Translations under genes and position numbers: made by a program
In this document: positions 1 through 9,304 of the stretch, in pieces
Layout: each line of letters starts with the position of its first letter
How positions within the stretch are numbered: the stretch's first letter is position 1
Notes under the pieces: model-generated
Database searches by the model: none
Seen by the model: the letters and a program-made list of their open reading frames with translations, nothing else
Told to the model about the DNA's origin: nothing
Assembly (NCBI GenBank): GCA_050013595.1
Contig: JBEKEY010000002.1
Coordinates: 1,522 to 65,521, forward strand
Source of the DNA: Thermoplasmata archaeon
GTDB lineage: Archaea; Thermoplasmatota; Thermoplasmata; Lutacidiplasmatales; UBA184
Direction of reading: 5' to 3'
Length of the DNA stretch: 64,000 nt

Positions 1-53
1 ACCAGCACGAACAGGGTGCCCCGGGTGACGCTCGACAGCCCTTCCCGGGCCAT
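1..53 (-). CDS. 5' end of an unidentified gene running off the left edge (MAREGLSSVTRGTLFVLV...)
   Basis: ATG at 53..51 on the minus strand, open to position 1, with G/C-rich third positions. Only 17 codons are visible. Confidence 0.25.
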   Translation of the reverse strand, partial: MAREGLSSVTRGTLFVL

Positions 54-229
54 CGCTTCCGAATCTGTGGCCACGCGCTTCGCCTACGCGTCGCGTTCCC
101 TTCGGGATGGTAAAAGTGTAGCGTTCCGACGGCAGGACCCGGGTTCGGGTCACCGACCCGCGGCGGTCTCGGTCGGAGTTTCTCGGACCGACCCGCGGAA
201 TTCCCGGTCGGCCGACCGGGCTGAGGGCG

Positions 230-1129
230 CTATACGAACTCGTCGAGGAGGCTATCGCGTCCCTTGAGCCCCGCCGGCTGGTGGACGAGCGGACCGGCTG
301 CCAGCACTTCCTCGAGCTCCTCGTAGGAGGGCTTCTCGACCGAGTAGAAGAGACCGATCGGGATCTTGTCCCCCCATTCGAGCGCCCGCTGCCAAGCCGC
401 GACGATGTCGCTCGGGTTGTGGCCGGCGCTCTCGAGCTTGTAGACGCGCTGCCGGAAGAAGTCGAACGTGTTGATCTTGTTGTAGGTCACACACGGGGAG
501 AACACATCGACGAACGCGAAGCCCTTGTGGGCGATGCCGTTCGCGACCAGGTCGGTGAGCTGCTTCACGTCACCGGAGAATCCCCGAGCCACGTACGTCG
601 CTCCGCTCGCGAGCGCCAGAGCGATCGGGTCGATCGGGTTCTCGATGACTCCGAAGGGGGTCGACTTGGTCTTGGTCCCCATCTCGGAGGTGGGGCTGGC
701 CTGGCCGGTGGTCAACCCGTAGATCTGGTTGTCCATGGTCACGTAGGTCAGGTCGACGTTCCGTCGCATCGCGTGGATGAAGTGGCCGGCCCCGATCCCG
801 AAGCCGTCCCCGTCCCCGCCCGTCGCGATGACCGTGAGACCGTGATTGCCCCAGCGGATCCCCTCGGCGAGCGGGATGGACCGGCCGTGGATACCGTGGA
901 ACCCGTAGGAGGAGAGGAAATGCGGAAGGTTCGACGAGCAACCGATCCCGGAGACGATGACCACGTTGTGGCTCGGGATCTTGAGCCGCTTCAACGCCGA
1001 TTCCACGGCCGCGACGACCCCGAAGTCGCCGCATCCGGGGCACCACGTCGGCCGGATCTCCGACTTCCCGACGATCGGGAGCTTCGTCAGGTTCGCGGTC
1101 GTGGCGGGAGTTGCCGCACTGTCGGCCAT
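230..1129 (-). CDS. korB: 2-oxoacid:ferredoxin oxidoreductase, beta (TPP-binding) subunit
   Basis: 299-aa reading from the internal ATG at 1129 of track ORF 230..2797. Motifs CPGCGDFG and GGDGDGFGIGAGH are present. The korA stop lies 3 nt upstream. The rest of the 855-aa track ORF is an alternate frame of korA. Confidence 0.92.
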   Translation of the reverse strand: MADSAATPATTANLTKLPIVGKSEIRPTWCPGCGDFGVVAAVESALKRLKIPSHNVVIVSGIGCSSNLPHFLSSYGFHGIHGRSIPLAEGIRWGNHGLTVIATGGDGDGFGIGAGHFIHAMRRNVDLTYVTMDNQIYGLTTGQASPTSEMGTKTKSTPFGVIENPIDPIALALASGATYVARGFSGDVKQLTDLVANGIAHKGFAFVDVFSPCVTYNKINTFDFFRQRVYKLESAGHNPSDIVAAWQRALEWGDKIPIGLFYSVEKPSYEELEEVLAAGPLVHQPAGLKGRDSLLDEFV

Positions 1130-1131
1130 CG

Positions 1132-2871
1132 TTACATCACCTCGAGCGCGCGGGCGACGATCTCGTGCGGAAGGAACGGCTCTCCGTCGTACTTCAGGAA
1201 GTGCTCGGACAGGTGGATACCGGTCTCGGCCCGCAGGAGGCGACCGAACTGGCCGGAGTAGTTCGCCTCCACGAGGAGGGTGTGTTGAGTACGGGCGAAC
1301 GCCGCCGCCACCGCCTCGGGGTCGAGCGGATAGACGGTCGGGAAGTGCAGCAGGTTCGTCATCTTGCCTTGTTCGCGAAGGACGACCATCGCGTCCCGGA
1401 TCGCGCCGACGGTCGACCCCCAGGCGACGAAGGTGAGGGGAGCGTCGGGCGAGCCCTCGAAGACCGGGGGAGGAGCCTCCTTCGCGATCCCGTGAAGCTT
1501 CTTCATCCTCTTCTCCATCATCCGCTGCCGTTCCGAGACCCACATGGGGATCCCCGCGCGGATATCGGAGATGAGGTGGCCCCGCTCGTCGTGCTCGTCC
1601 GAGCCGGCGATGTGGTTGAGACCCGGCTGGCCCGGGAAGGCTCGCGGGGAAACCCCGGATTCCGTGTACAGGTATCGACGGTAGTCGTGCCCGTTCGGGG
1701 TGACGGTGAACAATGACGGGACCGGGACGTTGAGGTCGACCTCTTCGCGGTCCACCGTCTCGAGACTCTCGGACAGGTGGAAATCGCTCGCCAAGAGCAC
1801 CGGGGTCTGCCAGCGTTCCGCGAGGTCGAACGCGGCGATGGTGGCCTTGTAGGCCTCGGCGGGGTTCGAGGGGGCGAGGATCGCACGAGGGAACTCGCCC
1901 TGACCCGCGCCGAGCATGAGGTTGAGGTCGCCCTGCTCGGTCTTCGTCGGTAACCCGGTGGAAGGCCCGGCGCGTTGGGCTTCGACCACCACGACCGGGG
2001 TTTCCGTCATGCCGGCCATCCCGAGGCCCTCGGTCATGAGCGCGAACCCGCCGCCGCTCGTGGCGGTCATCGACCGGACGCCGGCGAACGATGCTCCGAT
2101 GGCCATATGGATCGCAGCGAGCTCGTCCTCGGCCTGCTTGACCACGATCCCCAGCGATTGCGAATGGGCCGCCATCCAGTGCATCACCGTCGATGCGGGC
2201 GTCATCGGGTACTGCGCGAGGAACTTGCAACCCGCCGCCGCCGCCCCGAGGGCGATCGCCTGGTTTCCCGTCATAAGGAGCTTCGACGCACCTCGCTTCG
2301 AGAGCACGTGCTCGTGCGGGCTCGCCTGCTTCTCGGCGAAGTGGTAACCGTCGGCGCTCGCTCCCAGGTTCCAGTCGACCACGTCGCCCTTCTTCCTCCC
2401 GAAGGAGTCGGACAGTACGCCGTGGAGGAGGTCGAGCGGGATGCCGGCAAGGAATGCGGTCGCACCGACGCCGCCCGCGTTCTGCAGGATCGACTGGCTC
2501 GTGTACTTGCGGGCGATCTCGAGCGTCGGAACGGCGAGGGTCTTGACCCCCGCCGGTACGTGGGTCGCGTCGAGCGTGAACTTCTCCGGGTCGTAGACGA
2601 TCGTGCCGCCCGGCCGGATCCCCGACGCATGGATGTCGACCGTCGCCCGGTCGAGCGCGTACAGGATGTCCGCCCCGTCCCCGGGAGAGTACGGTCGGGC
2701 CTCCGAGACCCGCGCCTGGAACCATACGTGGCCGCCCCGGATGACCGATTGATAGGCGTTCACGCCGAATACATGGAGACCCATCCGCGAGAAGCATCGC
2801 GCGATGTTCTCGCCGAGCGAGGCGATGCCGTCCCCGGCCTGACCCCCGATGCGGACGGCAAGCTCGGTCAT
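1132..2871 (-). CDS. korA: 2-oxoacid:ferredoxin oxidoreductase, fused alpha/gamma-type large subunit
   Basis: 579 aa. The N-terminal GGQAGDG gamma-like region is followed by an alpha domain (GMAGMTETPVVVVEAQRAGPSTG). This is the two-subunit arrangement typical of Thermoplasma, Sulfolobus and haloarchaea. Confidence 0.92.
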   Translation of the reverse strand: MTELAVRIGGQAGDGIASLGENIARCFSRMGLHVFGVNAYQSVIRGGHVWFQARVSEARPYSPGDGADILYALDRATVDIHASGIRPGGTIVYDPEKFTLDATHVPAGVKTLAVPTLEIARKYTSQSILQNAGGVGATAFLAGIPLDLLHGVLSDSFGRKKGDVVDWNLGASADGYHFAEKQASPHEHVLSKRGASKLLMTGNQAIALGAAAAGCKFLAQYPMTPASTVMHWMAAHSQSLGIVVKQAEDELAAIHMAIGASFAGVRSMTATSGGGFALMTEGLGMAGMTETPVVVVEAQRAGPSTGLPTKTEQGDLNLMLGAGQGEFPRAILAPSNPAEAYKATIAAFDLAERWQTPVLLASDFHLSESLETVDREEVDLNVPVPSLFTVTPNGHDYRRYLYTESGVSPRAFPGQPGLNHIAGSDEHDERGHLISDIRAGIPMWVSERQRMMEKRMKKLHGIAKEAPPPVFEGSPDAPLTFVAWGSTVGAIRDAMVVLREQGKMTNLLHFPTVYPLDPEAVAAAFARTQHTLLVEANYSGQFGRLLRAETGIHLSEHFLKYDGEPFLPHEIVARALEVM

Positions 2872-2957
2872 CGTCCCATCGAGCCCCCCTTCGTATTAAT
2901 CGGTTCTGTCAAACCGGAACTCCGAGGAACTCCAACAACCCTTAGAGGGGCGGCCGA

Positions 2958-3227
2958 TTGGGACCCACGATGACCGATCGGGTGACCGTCCTCCTCTTCG
3001 CAACCGCTCGGGTCGCGGTCGGCGCGCCGCGGCTCGACTGGCCGGTCGACCCGGCCCATGCGACCGCCCGATCGCTGGTGCGTTCCCTCGGCGACGCGTA
3101 TCCGGACCTCGTGCCCACGCTCCGAGTGAGCCGCTTCGTGCTCAACGGACGGTATCTCCCGAACCTCGCCGTTCGCCTCCGTCCGGGCGATGAGTTCGCC
3201 GTGCACCCGCCGTACGGAGGAGGCTGA
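2958..3227 (+). CDS. moaD: MoaD/ThiS-family sulfur-carrier protein
   Basis: 89 aa ending in ...HPPYGGG (C-terminal Gly-Gly), directly upstream of moaE. GAGGGG lies 7 nt before TTG 2958; ATG 2970 is an alternative start. Confidence 0.75.
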   Translation: MGPTMTDRVTVLLFATARVAVGAPRLDWPVDPAHATARSLVRSLGDAYPDLVPTLRVSRFVLNGRYLPNLAVRLRPGDEFAVHPPYGGG

Positions 3228-3229
3228 CG

Positions 3230-3661
3230 ATGAGCGTGCGACTGGACCGCCGGCGGCTATCCTACGTCGCGGCCCTGCGAGCCCTAACGGGACCGGGACT
3301 CGGCGGGATCGTCGTCTTCATCGGTCGGGTCCGGCCGGACCCAACGCCTCGCGGCCGCGTCGTCGCCCTCGACTACGAGGCGCATCTCCCTCTCGCCCGA
3401 AGCGTCCTCGCCGGTCTCGAGCGAACGGCCCGCACGCGCTTCGGAGCGGAGCGGGTCGTCCTCTGGCATCGAACGGGCACCGTTCCGGTCGACGAGGCCT
3501 CGGTCCTGGTCGGGGTCGCCGCGGGCCATCGCGCGGAGGCGTTCGCCGCTGCGCGCTTCCTGATCGAGGAGCTGAAGGCCAAGGCTCCTATTTGGAAGTC
3601 GGACCGAGCACGATCCGCGCGTCGACCGCCACGGCGCCCTCGTGGATCGGGCGGACGATGA
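3230..3661 (+). CDS. moaE: molybdopterin synthase catalytic subunit MoaE
   Basis: 143 aa with a MoaE-like core (WHRTGTVPVDEASVLVGVAAGHRAEAF...KAKAPIWK). A GGAGGAGG Shine-Dalgarno sits 6 nt upstream. The Arg/Pro tail overlaps the convergent acd gene by 74 nt. Confidence 0.8.
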   Translation: MSVRLDRRRLSYVAALRALTGPGLGGIVVFIGRVRPDPTPRGRVVALDYEAHLPLARSVLAGLERTARTRFGAERVVLWHRTGTVPVDEASVLVGVAAGHRAEAFAAARFLIEELKAKAPIWKSDRARSARRPPRRPRGSGGR

Positions 3662-5723
3662 GCGGGTTGATGTCGAGCTCGACCACATCGGGCAGCTCCA
3701 TCGCGAGTTGAGAAATGCGCTCGATCACTTCCGTGAGCGCCTCGAGGTCGCTCGCGGCCTCTCCGCGGACCCCCTTGAGGAGCGGGAACGCCTTCAGCGA
3801 CTGGATCATGTGCAGCGCCGAGAGCGCCCGTACCGGTGCGAGGCGGAACGTGACATCTCGGAGTACCTCGACGTAGATACCGCCGAGACCGAACGCGATG
3901 ATCGGTCCGAAATGAGGGTCCCGCTGGACGCCGACCAGGACCTCCTTGCCGTCCGGGACCTCGGCCTCGACCTCGAACCCCTCGACCCGGGCGTCGCGGG
4001 CTTTGGCGGCGAGGGACTGGTGCATCGCTTGCCACGCCGTCCGGAGGGTGCCCGGGTCGTGAATGTCGAGGGCGACCCCTCCAACGTCCGTCTTATGGAG
4101 GATGTCGGGAGAGACGACCTTGACCACGACGGGGAACCCGATATCTTCGGCGGCCTCGATCGCCTGGTCGAGCGTCTTCACCAGTTTGACCTCGGGGAAC
4201 CGAATGCCGTACGCGACGAGGAGGGAGCGGGCGGCGTAGTCCGGCAGGACGGTCATGCCCTCCTTGCGCGCCTTGTCGATCGACGCCTGGGCCGCCGCGC
4301 GGTCGACCGAGAACTCCATCACGGTCGTACGGGGCCGGGTCGACCACGCGTGATACCGGGCGAGCGCTCCGAGCCCCTGGGTCGCTTCCTCGGGGAACGT
4401 GAACGTCGGGACCCCGTTATCCTCGAGGAGGGCGACCTCTCGCGAGAGGTCGTTGACCCCGAAGAGGCAAGCGGTGATCGGCTTCGATGTCGAGGCCTTC
4501 GCGTCGAGGATCGCTCGCGCCACCGACTCGCCCGTCATGGTCGCGGTGGGCGTCGTGATGACGAGCGCCCCGTTCATCTCCGAGCCGGCGAGGAGGGTCT
4601 TCAGGGTCTCCCGGTACTGGTCGGGGTTCCCGTCCGCAGTCATATCGAGCGGGTTGGCGATCGACGCCGAGACGGGGAGACGACGACGGAGGTCTTCGTG
4701 CAGCGCCGGAGGGAGCAGGGGGAGCGCCAGGCCGTGCCGGATCGCGGAATCGGCGGCGACGATCCCCGGGCCCCCGGAGTTGGTGAGGATCATGAGGCGC
4801 GGCCCCTCGAGCTTGAGCCCCGACGCGAAGATCTTCGCCGTCCGGAACAGTTCGCCGAGCGTCTCGATCCGTTGAACGCCCGCCTGCTCGAAGAGCGAAT
4901 CGTAGAGCTGGTCGCGCCCCGATTGCGCGAGCGAACCGGTGTGGCTCTTCGCGGCCCGTTCTCCGGCGATCGTGCGTCCGCTCTTGATCACGAGCACCGG
5001 CTTTCGCTCCGTGACCTCCCGGGCGGTCTCGAGGAACCGTCGGCCGTCCACGAGGCTCTCGACGTAGAGCAGGATGACCTTGGTCGCGTCGTCCCGGCCG
5101 AGTGAGTAGAGGAGGTCGTTCTCGTCCACTCCCGCCCGGTTTCCCACGGAGACGAACCGAGAGAACCCGATCCGCTCGGTCGTCCCGTAGGCGAGGATCC
5201 CGGCGCAGAGCGCGCCGCTCTGGGAGACGAAGCCGATGTTCCCCCGCGGAGGTAGGTTCTCGCTGAACGTGGCGTTCAGGCTCACGTCCGGGGCCGTGTT
5301 GATGACCCCGAAACAGTTGGGGCCGACGACGGACATCTTGTACTTCGCCGCCCGGCGAACCACGTCCGCTTCGAGCAGCCCGCCGGCTTCACCCATCTCC
5401 CGGAATCCCGAGGAGATGACGACCACGCCTCGGGCGCCCATCTTTCCGAGGTCCTCGACGACGTCCGCGACGGCGGGGGCGGGTACGATGACGATCCCGA
5501 GGTCCGGCCGCTCGGGCAGGTCCGAGATCGTGGAGTAGCACCGGACGCCGGACACGCTCTTCGAGGAGGGGTTCACCGGGTAGACGACGCCCTTGAACCC
5601 GGCCTGGATGATGTTGCGGAAGAGGCTCGTTCCGACCTTCCCGGGCTTGTTCGACGCTCCCACGACGGCGACGGAGGAGGGAAGGAAGAGCTCGTCCAAC
5701 TCGTTCGAACGGCCGCTCGTCAT
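3588..5723 (-). CDS. acetyl-CoA synthetase (ADP-forming), fused alpha-beta chain
   Basis: 711 aa. An N-terminal CoA-binding domain (VAVVGASNKPGKVG), succinyl-CoA-synthetase-like domains and a C-terminal ATP-grasp domain occupy one polypeptide. Confidence 0.9.
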   Translation of the reverse strand: MTSGRSNELDELFLPSSVAVVGASNKPGKVGTSLFRNIIQAGFKGVVYPVNPSSKSVSGVRCYSTISDLPERPDLGIVIVPAPAVADVVEDLGKMGARGVVVISSGFREMGEAGGLLEADVVRRAAKYKMSVVGPNCFGVINTAPDVSLNATFSENLPPRGNIGFVSQSGALCAGILAYGTTERIGFSRFVSVGNRAGVDENDLLYSLGRDDATKVILLYVESLVDGRRFLETAREVTERKPVLVIKSGRTIAGERAAKSHTGSLAQSGRDQLYDSLFEQAGVQRIETLGELFRTAKIFASGLKLEGPRLMILTNSGGPGIVAADSAIRHGLALPLLPPALHEDLRRRLPVSASIANPLDMTADGNPDQYRETLKTLLAGSEMNGALVITTPTATMTGESVARAILDAKASTSKPITACLFGVNDLSREVALLEDNGVPTFTFPEEATQGLGALARYHAWSTRPRTTVMEFSVDRAAAQASIDKARKEGMTVLPDYAARSLLVAYGIRFPEVKLVKTLDQAIEAAEDIGFPVVVKVVSPDILHKTDVGGVALDIHDPGTLRTAWQAMHQSLAAKARDARVEGFEVEAEVPDGKEVLVGVQRDPHFGPIIAFGLGGIYVEVLRDVTFRLAPVRALSALHMIQSLKAFPLLKGVRGEAASDLEALTEVIERISQLAMELPDVVELDINPLIVRPIHEGAVAVDARIVLGPTSK

Positions 5724-5888
5724 GCTTCGCTCCCCGAGAACGCTCCGCGGACGGGCGGTCCGTTATATAGCCACAGCCCCGTGGTTCGCGCCGTGACCGC
5801 CGAAGGAGCGCACGACCCTTCGCCCGCGGCACGTTCGTCGCCTCCGCCGGCGCCCGCTCGCCCCCCCGCGCGCGGGCTCCTCCAGCGC

Positions 5889-6665
5889 ATGGACAAGGGC
5901 GGCATCCGTCACGTGGTCGCGGTGGGCAGCGGCAAGGGAGGCGTGGGAAAGTCCTCCGTCACGGCGCTGCTCGCGATCGAGCTCGCCCGCAAGGGCTTGC
6001 ATGTCGGGATCCTGGACGCGGACATCACGGGCCCCTCGATCCCGAAGCTTCTCGGCCTTTCCGGCCCCCTGACGGACCGCGGCGAGGGGATCGAACCTTC
6101 CATCAGTCCCGGAGGCATCTCGGTCGTCTCCTCGCAGTTCATGGTCGAGGACGAACAGACGCCCGTGATCTGGCGGGGCCCGCTCGTGACCCGGCTGATC
6201 ACCCAGTTCTTCGGTAGCGTTCATTGGGGGGAGCTCGACTACCTGCTCATCGACATGCCACCGGGGACGAGCGATGTGCCCCTCACGGTCTTCCAGACGA
6301 TCCCGATCGACGGGATGGTGTTCGTGCTGACGCCGCAGGACCTCGCCGCGCTCATCGTGAAGAAGGCGATGAACATGGCCCGCGACCTCCACGTCCCGCT
6401 GCTCGGGGTCGTCGAGAACATGTCGTGGGTGGTCTGCCCGCACTGCCACGAGCAGGTCCAGCTCTTCGGCCCGAGCCGGGTCGCGCGCGTCGCCCAAGAG
6501 TACGGGATTCCCGTGCTCGGCAGCCTCCCGGTCCTACCGCCGGTATCGGAACTTTCGGATGTGGGCCGCTTGGCCGAGCTGCGGTCGAGCGAGGTCGCGG
6601 CGCTCACCGAGACGTTCGCCCGGGCCGTCGACGACGCTACGAAGAACCGGGTGACGGTGCTGTAG
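5889..6665 (+). CDS. Mrp/NBP35-family iron-sulfur cluster carrier ATPase
   Basis: Deviant Walker A GSGKGGVGKSS and a CPHC motif are present. The start is placed at ATG 5889. The track ORF starts at GTG 5781 with a Pro/Ala-rich extension. Confidence 0.85.
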   Translation: MDKGGIRHVVAVGSGKGGVGKSSVTALLAIELARKGLHVGILDADITGPSIPKLLGLSGPLTDRGEGIEPSISPGGISVVSSQFMVEDEQTPVIWRGPLVTRLITQFFGSVHWGELDYLLIDMPPGTSDVPLTVFQTIPIDGMVFVLTPQDLAALIVKKAMNMARDLHVPLLGVVENMSWVVCPHCHEQVQLFGPSRVARVAQEYGIPVLGSLPVLPPVSELSDVGRLAELRSSEVAALTETFARAVDDATKNRVTVL

Positions 6666-7353
6666 TCGCCCGGAGTTCGGAAAAGCGAACGACCTCGCTC
6701 GGTAGACCCCGTCGGGCGAGCGCGGCGCGAAGCCCTTCGATATGCGCGTCGCCCAGTACGACCGCCACCCGTCCGTAACCCTCGCGCCGGACGGAGGCGA
6801 GCCGGTCGGCCATGTGCTCGTTCCGGTCATCCAGTAGGACGCGAGCGATAGTCGGACTCACCCGCCGGAGCTCGTCCGTGTACTCGGTCGGCGATTCCGT
6901 GTAGCGGTCCATCTCCCGGACCACCAGGCCGGACGGGAGCACGAGTCCGACGAGCCCGCTGACCATCAGGGTCACTCGCTCCTTGAACGACATTTCGCGG
7001 ACGAGGGTCGCGAGCGTGGCTCGGATGGGGTCGTCGACGAGGAAAACGGGAAGGTTCTTCTCCCGTGCGAAACCGATGGCGACCTTCATCTCCGTCCCCG
7101 GAACGCCGCCACCGATCTCCGCGCCGAGCCGCCGTTGGAGGACCCCCCAGAGGCGGGCGAACAGCGGGCCGGACGCGGAGCCTCGCTCGCTTCCCTCCGG
7201 GGACATCAACGCCTGGGCTCGTTCCGTATCGAGCTCGACCGCGATCCCGTCGAGGACGCGCGAGGAGAGCATCCGGCGCAACGGGTCGCTCAGGTCCACG
7301 ACGTGGGCGCACCCCAGGAGCAGGATCGGGCTCTCGAGCGAGGAGGAGTACAC
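6637..7353 (-). CDS. TraB/GumN-family protein
   Basis: The ILLLGCAHVV...VELDTERAQAL pattern is typical of the TraB family. The start is uncertain: GTG 7353 is preferred, and ATG 7437 would add an Arg-rich 28-aa extension and overlap the divergent gene. Confidence 0.7.
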   Translation of the reverse strand: MYSSSLESPILLLGCAHVVDLSDPLRRMLSSRVLDGIAVELDTERAQALMSPEGSERGSASGPLFARLWGVLQRRLGAEIGGGVPGTEMKVAIGFAREKNLPVFLVDDPIRATLATLVREMSFKERVTLMVSGLVGLVLPSGLVVREMDRYTESPTEYTDELRRVSPTIARVLLDDRNEHMADRLASVRREGYGRVAVVLGDAHIEGLRAALARRGLPSEVVRFSELRATTAPSPGSS

Positions 7354-7406
7354 GACCGCCCGAGGTCGGAGGCGCTCATCTCGCTGGCTATCCTCCTGAC
7401 AACGCC

Positions 7407-7414
7407 CATATAGG
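7407..7414. promoter_or_regulatory. quasi-palindromic TATA-like box (CATATAGG) about 26 nt upstream of ATG 7436
   Basis: An AT-rich octamer in GC-rich surroundings. The spacing fits a leaderless transcript for 7436..7738. Read on the other strand it could also serve the TraB-family gene. Confidence 0.4.
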
Positions 7415-7435
7415 CGGGCCGGGTCGCCCGACCGC

Positions 7436-7738
7436 ATGGCGTGGACCCTCTTCTCCGTCCCTTCCACCAAGCGGACGGAACTGGACGCCGCCCTCAAGGA
7501 CGACCGTGTCTCCCGGCAGAGCCAGACGGTTCGGGACGCGGCAGCGATGGGAGGCCCCTCCGGAGCCACGTACGTTCTCGTCGAGGGTGCGGCCGACGCG
7601 GTGAACCGCGCGGAGGAGCTCCTCGCGACCGTCGGCACGCGCATCCCGGCGGCCGACGCTGAAGGGCTCTACCGACGGTTCAAGGACGAGGAAGAGTCGG
7701 CCTCGGCGGGCATGGGCCTCTTCTTCACCGAAGAGTAG
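7436..7738 (+). CDS. hypothetical 100-aa protein with an acidic C-terminal tail resembling the ribosomal P-stalk tail
   Basis: Good G/C third-position bias and a TATA-like box at -26. The C-terminus is ...FKDEEESASAGMGLFFTEE. Confidence 0.6.
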   Translation: MAWTLFSVPSTKRTELDAALKDDRVSRQSQTVRDAAAMGGPSGATYVLVEGAADAVNRAEELLATVGTRIPAADAEGLYRRFKDEEESASAGMGLFFTEE

Positions 7739-7745
7739 AGGATCG

Positions 7746-8537
7746 TCACTCGTTGGTCGGGTCGTGCGAGGGCACGAGGTCCTCGCCACCGGAGAAGACC
7801 TTCTGGAAGGATTGGTAGAGCGCCTCGAGACCGCTCGCCTCCTTCGCCGAGGTGGGAACGAGTCCAACGAGCGGCGCCATGTTCTCGATGGCTCGGAAGA
7901 GCTCGGTGGAGAGCTGGACATCGGGGGTCGGTGCGTCGGCACGGACCGCCTCGTAGAGCGCCCCGGGATCGTCAGACCACGACATGATCTCCCGCAGCTG
8001 ATCGGGAGTCAGCACGTCGGACTTCGCGAGGATGTTGAGCGTGGGCAGACGGAAGCGGAACTCCACCGTCGCGCCCAGCATGAGGAGCGAGACGAACCCC
8101 GCCGCGGTCCGGGCCAGCACCGGGTCGTAGAGGAACGCGATGACCGAGTGGTCCCCGCTCAACGCCTCCACGATCGCCTTCGAGGCCTCGCGGAAGGCGA
8201 ACAGCTCGATCTGTCCGGGTGTATCGATGAGGATGTAATCGGTCTTCAGCTCTTGGATCGCCTGCTTGACCTCGAAGATCTTGAGCGCGATCATATCGGC
8301 AGCGACGACCTGGGCACCGTTCGGACCGAGGCCGTACTCGTCCTGCAGGTCCGCGAGCCGCACCCACTCGCGGATGTCCACGTCCGTGTCGCTCTCCGAG
8401 GCCTCGCTACCCGGGTCGAGGTTCACGATGGTCGCGTCGTAGCCGGCCGAGCGCATCCACACGGCGAACGCTCGCACGAGGGTGGTCTTCCCCGCCCCGG
8501 CCGTTCCCGTGAAGTAGATGGTCCCCGGTTCCTCCAT
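7746..8537 (-). CDS. GPN-loop GTPase
   Basis: 263 aa with P-loop GTAGAGKTT, the GPN motif (GLGPNGA) and DTPGQIE. Confidence 0.9.
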   Translation of the reverse strand: MEEPGTIYFTGTAGAGKTTLVRAFAVWMRSAGYDATIVNLDPGSEASESDTDVDIREWVRLADLQDEYGLGPNGAQVVAADMIALKIFEVKQAIQELKTDYILIDTPGQIELFAFREASKAIVEALSGDHSVIAFLYDPVLARTAAGFVSLLMLGATVEFRFRLPTLNILAKSDVLTPDQLREIMSWSDDPGALYEAVRADAPTPDVQLSTELFRAIENMAPLVGLVPTSAKEASGLEALYQSFQKVFSGGEDLVPSHDPTNE

Positions 8538-8540
8538 GGG

Positions 8541-8840
8541 TCACTTCTTTCCCGCGACCGCACGCTGCTTATGGAGCTCCGCGGCCAGCTGCCGCAGGAA
8601 ATGGGCCTTCGTGGTGGTACCTTTCTTCGCCACCTTCACGCGTCCCGAATAGTCGAAGAACCGGCGCGGGTACTGCTTTCCCGCCTCGAGCTCGGCCTTG
8701 AAGCCGAGACGCTTCGCCGCCTCGACGATCTCCTCGGCGGTGAGGTCGGGCAAGCTCTCCGGGGCCGGCACACGGCGACCCCCGTTTCGGGAAAGACCGC
8801 GTCCGAGATAGGCCGGATAAACGTAGAAATGGTCGGGCAT
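8541..8840 (-). CDS. srp19: signal recognition particle protein SRP19
   Basis: 99 aa with the N-terminus MPDHFYVYPAYLGRGLSRNGGRRVP, typical of archaeal SRP19. Confidence 0.85.
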   Translation of the reverse strand: MPDHFYVYPAYLGRGLSRNGGRRVPAPESLPDLTAEEIVEAAKRLGFKAELEAGKQYPRRFFDYSGRVKVAKKGTTTKAHFLRQLAAELHKQRAVAGKK

Positions 8841-8859
8841 CGCCGGTGCCGGCGCCGCT

Positions 8860-9255
8860 CTAGGTCGAGGCGGGTGTGGCGACCCGCACCCCGTTCAGCA
8901 CGCCGTCCTGGCCGGGGCGGGAGCGAACGCGCACGAGGCCCACGTCGGTCTCGAGGATCGCACCCTTCGTGATGATGTTCCGCTGGACGTAGTTGGGGTT
9001 CGCCGGGTTCTCCCGGACGGTAATGACCTTCGCCGGCTGCATCTTCTTCGTCGCCGGGTCGAACACGTTGATCATCTGGGTCGTGAGGATCCTCAGCTTG
9101 CGGTTCCCACCCCGGACCCGGTAGACCTTCACGGTCCCCGTGCCGAGCGTGGCATGCTGCAGCTCGCGGCCGATCTCGAAGCGGCGCTTCTTGCGGATCG
9201 GTCGAAGACGACCGCCCGTGCGCTTGCGCCGCGAGCGACCTTGCCAGATTCCCAC
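8860..9255 (-). CDS. rps8e: 30S ribosomal protein S8e
   Basis: 131 aa starting MGIWQGRSRRKRTGGRLRPIRKKRRFEIGRE... Confidence 0.9.
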   Translation of the reverse strand: MGIWQGRSRRKRTGGRLRPIRKKRRFEIGRELQHATLGTGTVKVYRVRGGNRKLRILTTQMINVFDPATKKMQPAKVITVRENPANPNYVQRNIITKGAILETDVGLVRVRSRPGQDGVLNGVRVATPAST

Positions 9256-9304
9256 GAGTCCCTCCGAGAGGTTCGTTCCGACCGGGGTACCGTATATGAC
9301 CTTT

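Noticed and set aside
16-267. An 83-aa plus-strand ORF at the left edge.
   Set aside because: It has a low-complexity Arg/Ser/Ala composition. It overlaps the korB 3' end and a minus-strand gene start at 53, so it is more likely intergenic/promoter DNA.
230-2797. An 855-aa ORF in the track, spanning both oxidoreductase subunit genes.
   Set aside because: Only its last 299 codons (from ATG 1129) are the real beta subunit. The first roughly 555 codons are an Arg/Gly/Pro-rich alternate frame of korA, whose own frame (1132..2871) carries the recognisable motifs.
5781-5888. A Pro/Ala-rich 36-aa N-terminal extension of the Mrp/NBP35 gene, from GTG 5781.
   Set aside because: GTG 5781 is only about 15 nt from the TTATATA box at 5763..5769, which is too close for a promoter-start arrangement. 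The extension is also low complexity. ATG 5889 sits just before the P-loop, as in family members.
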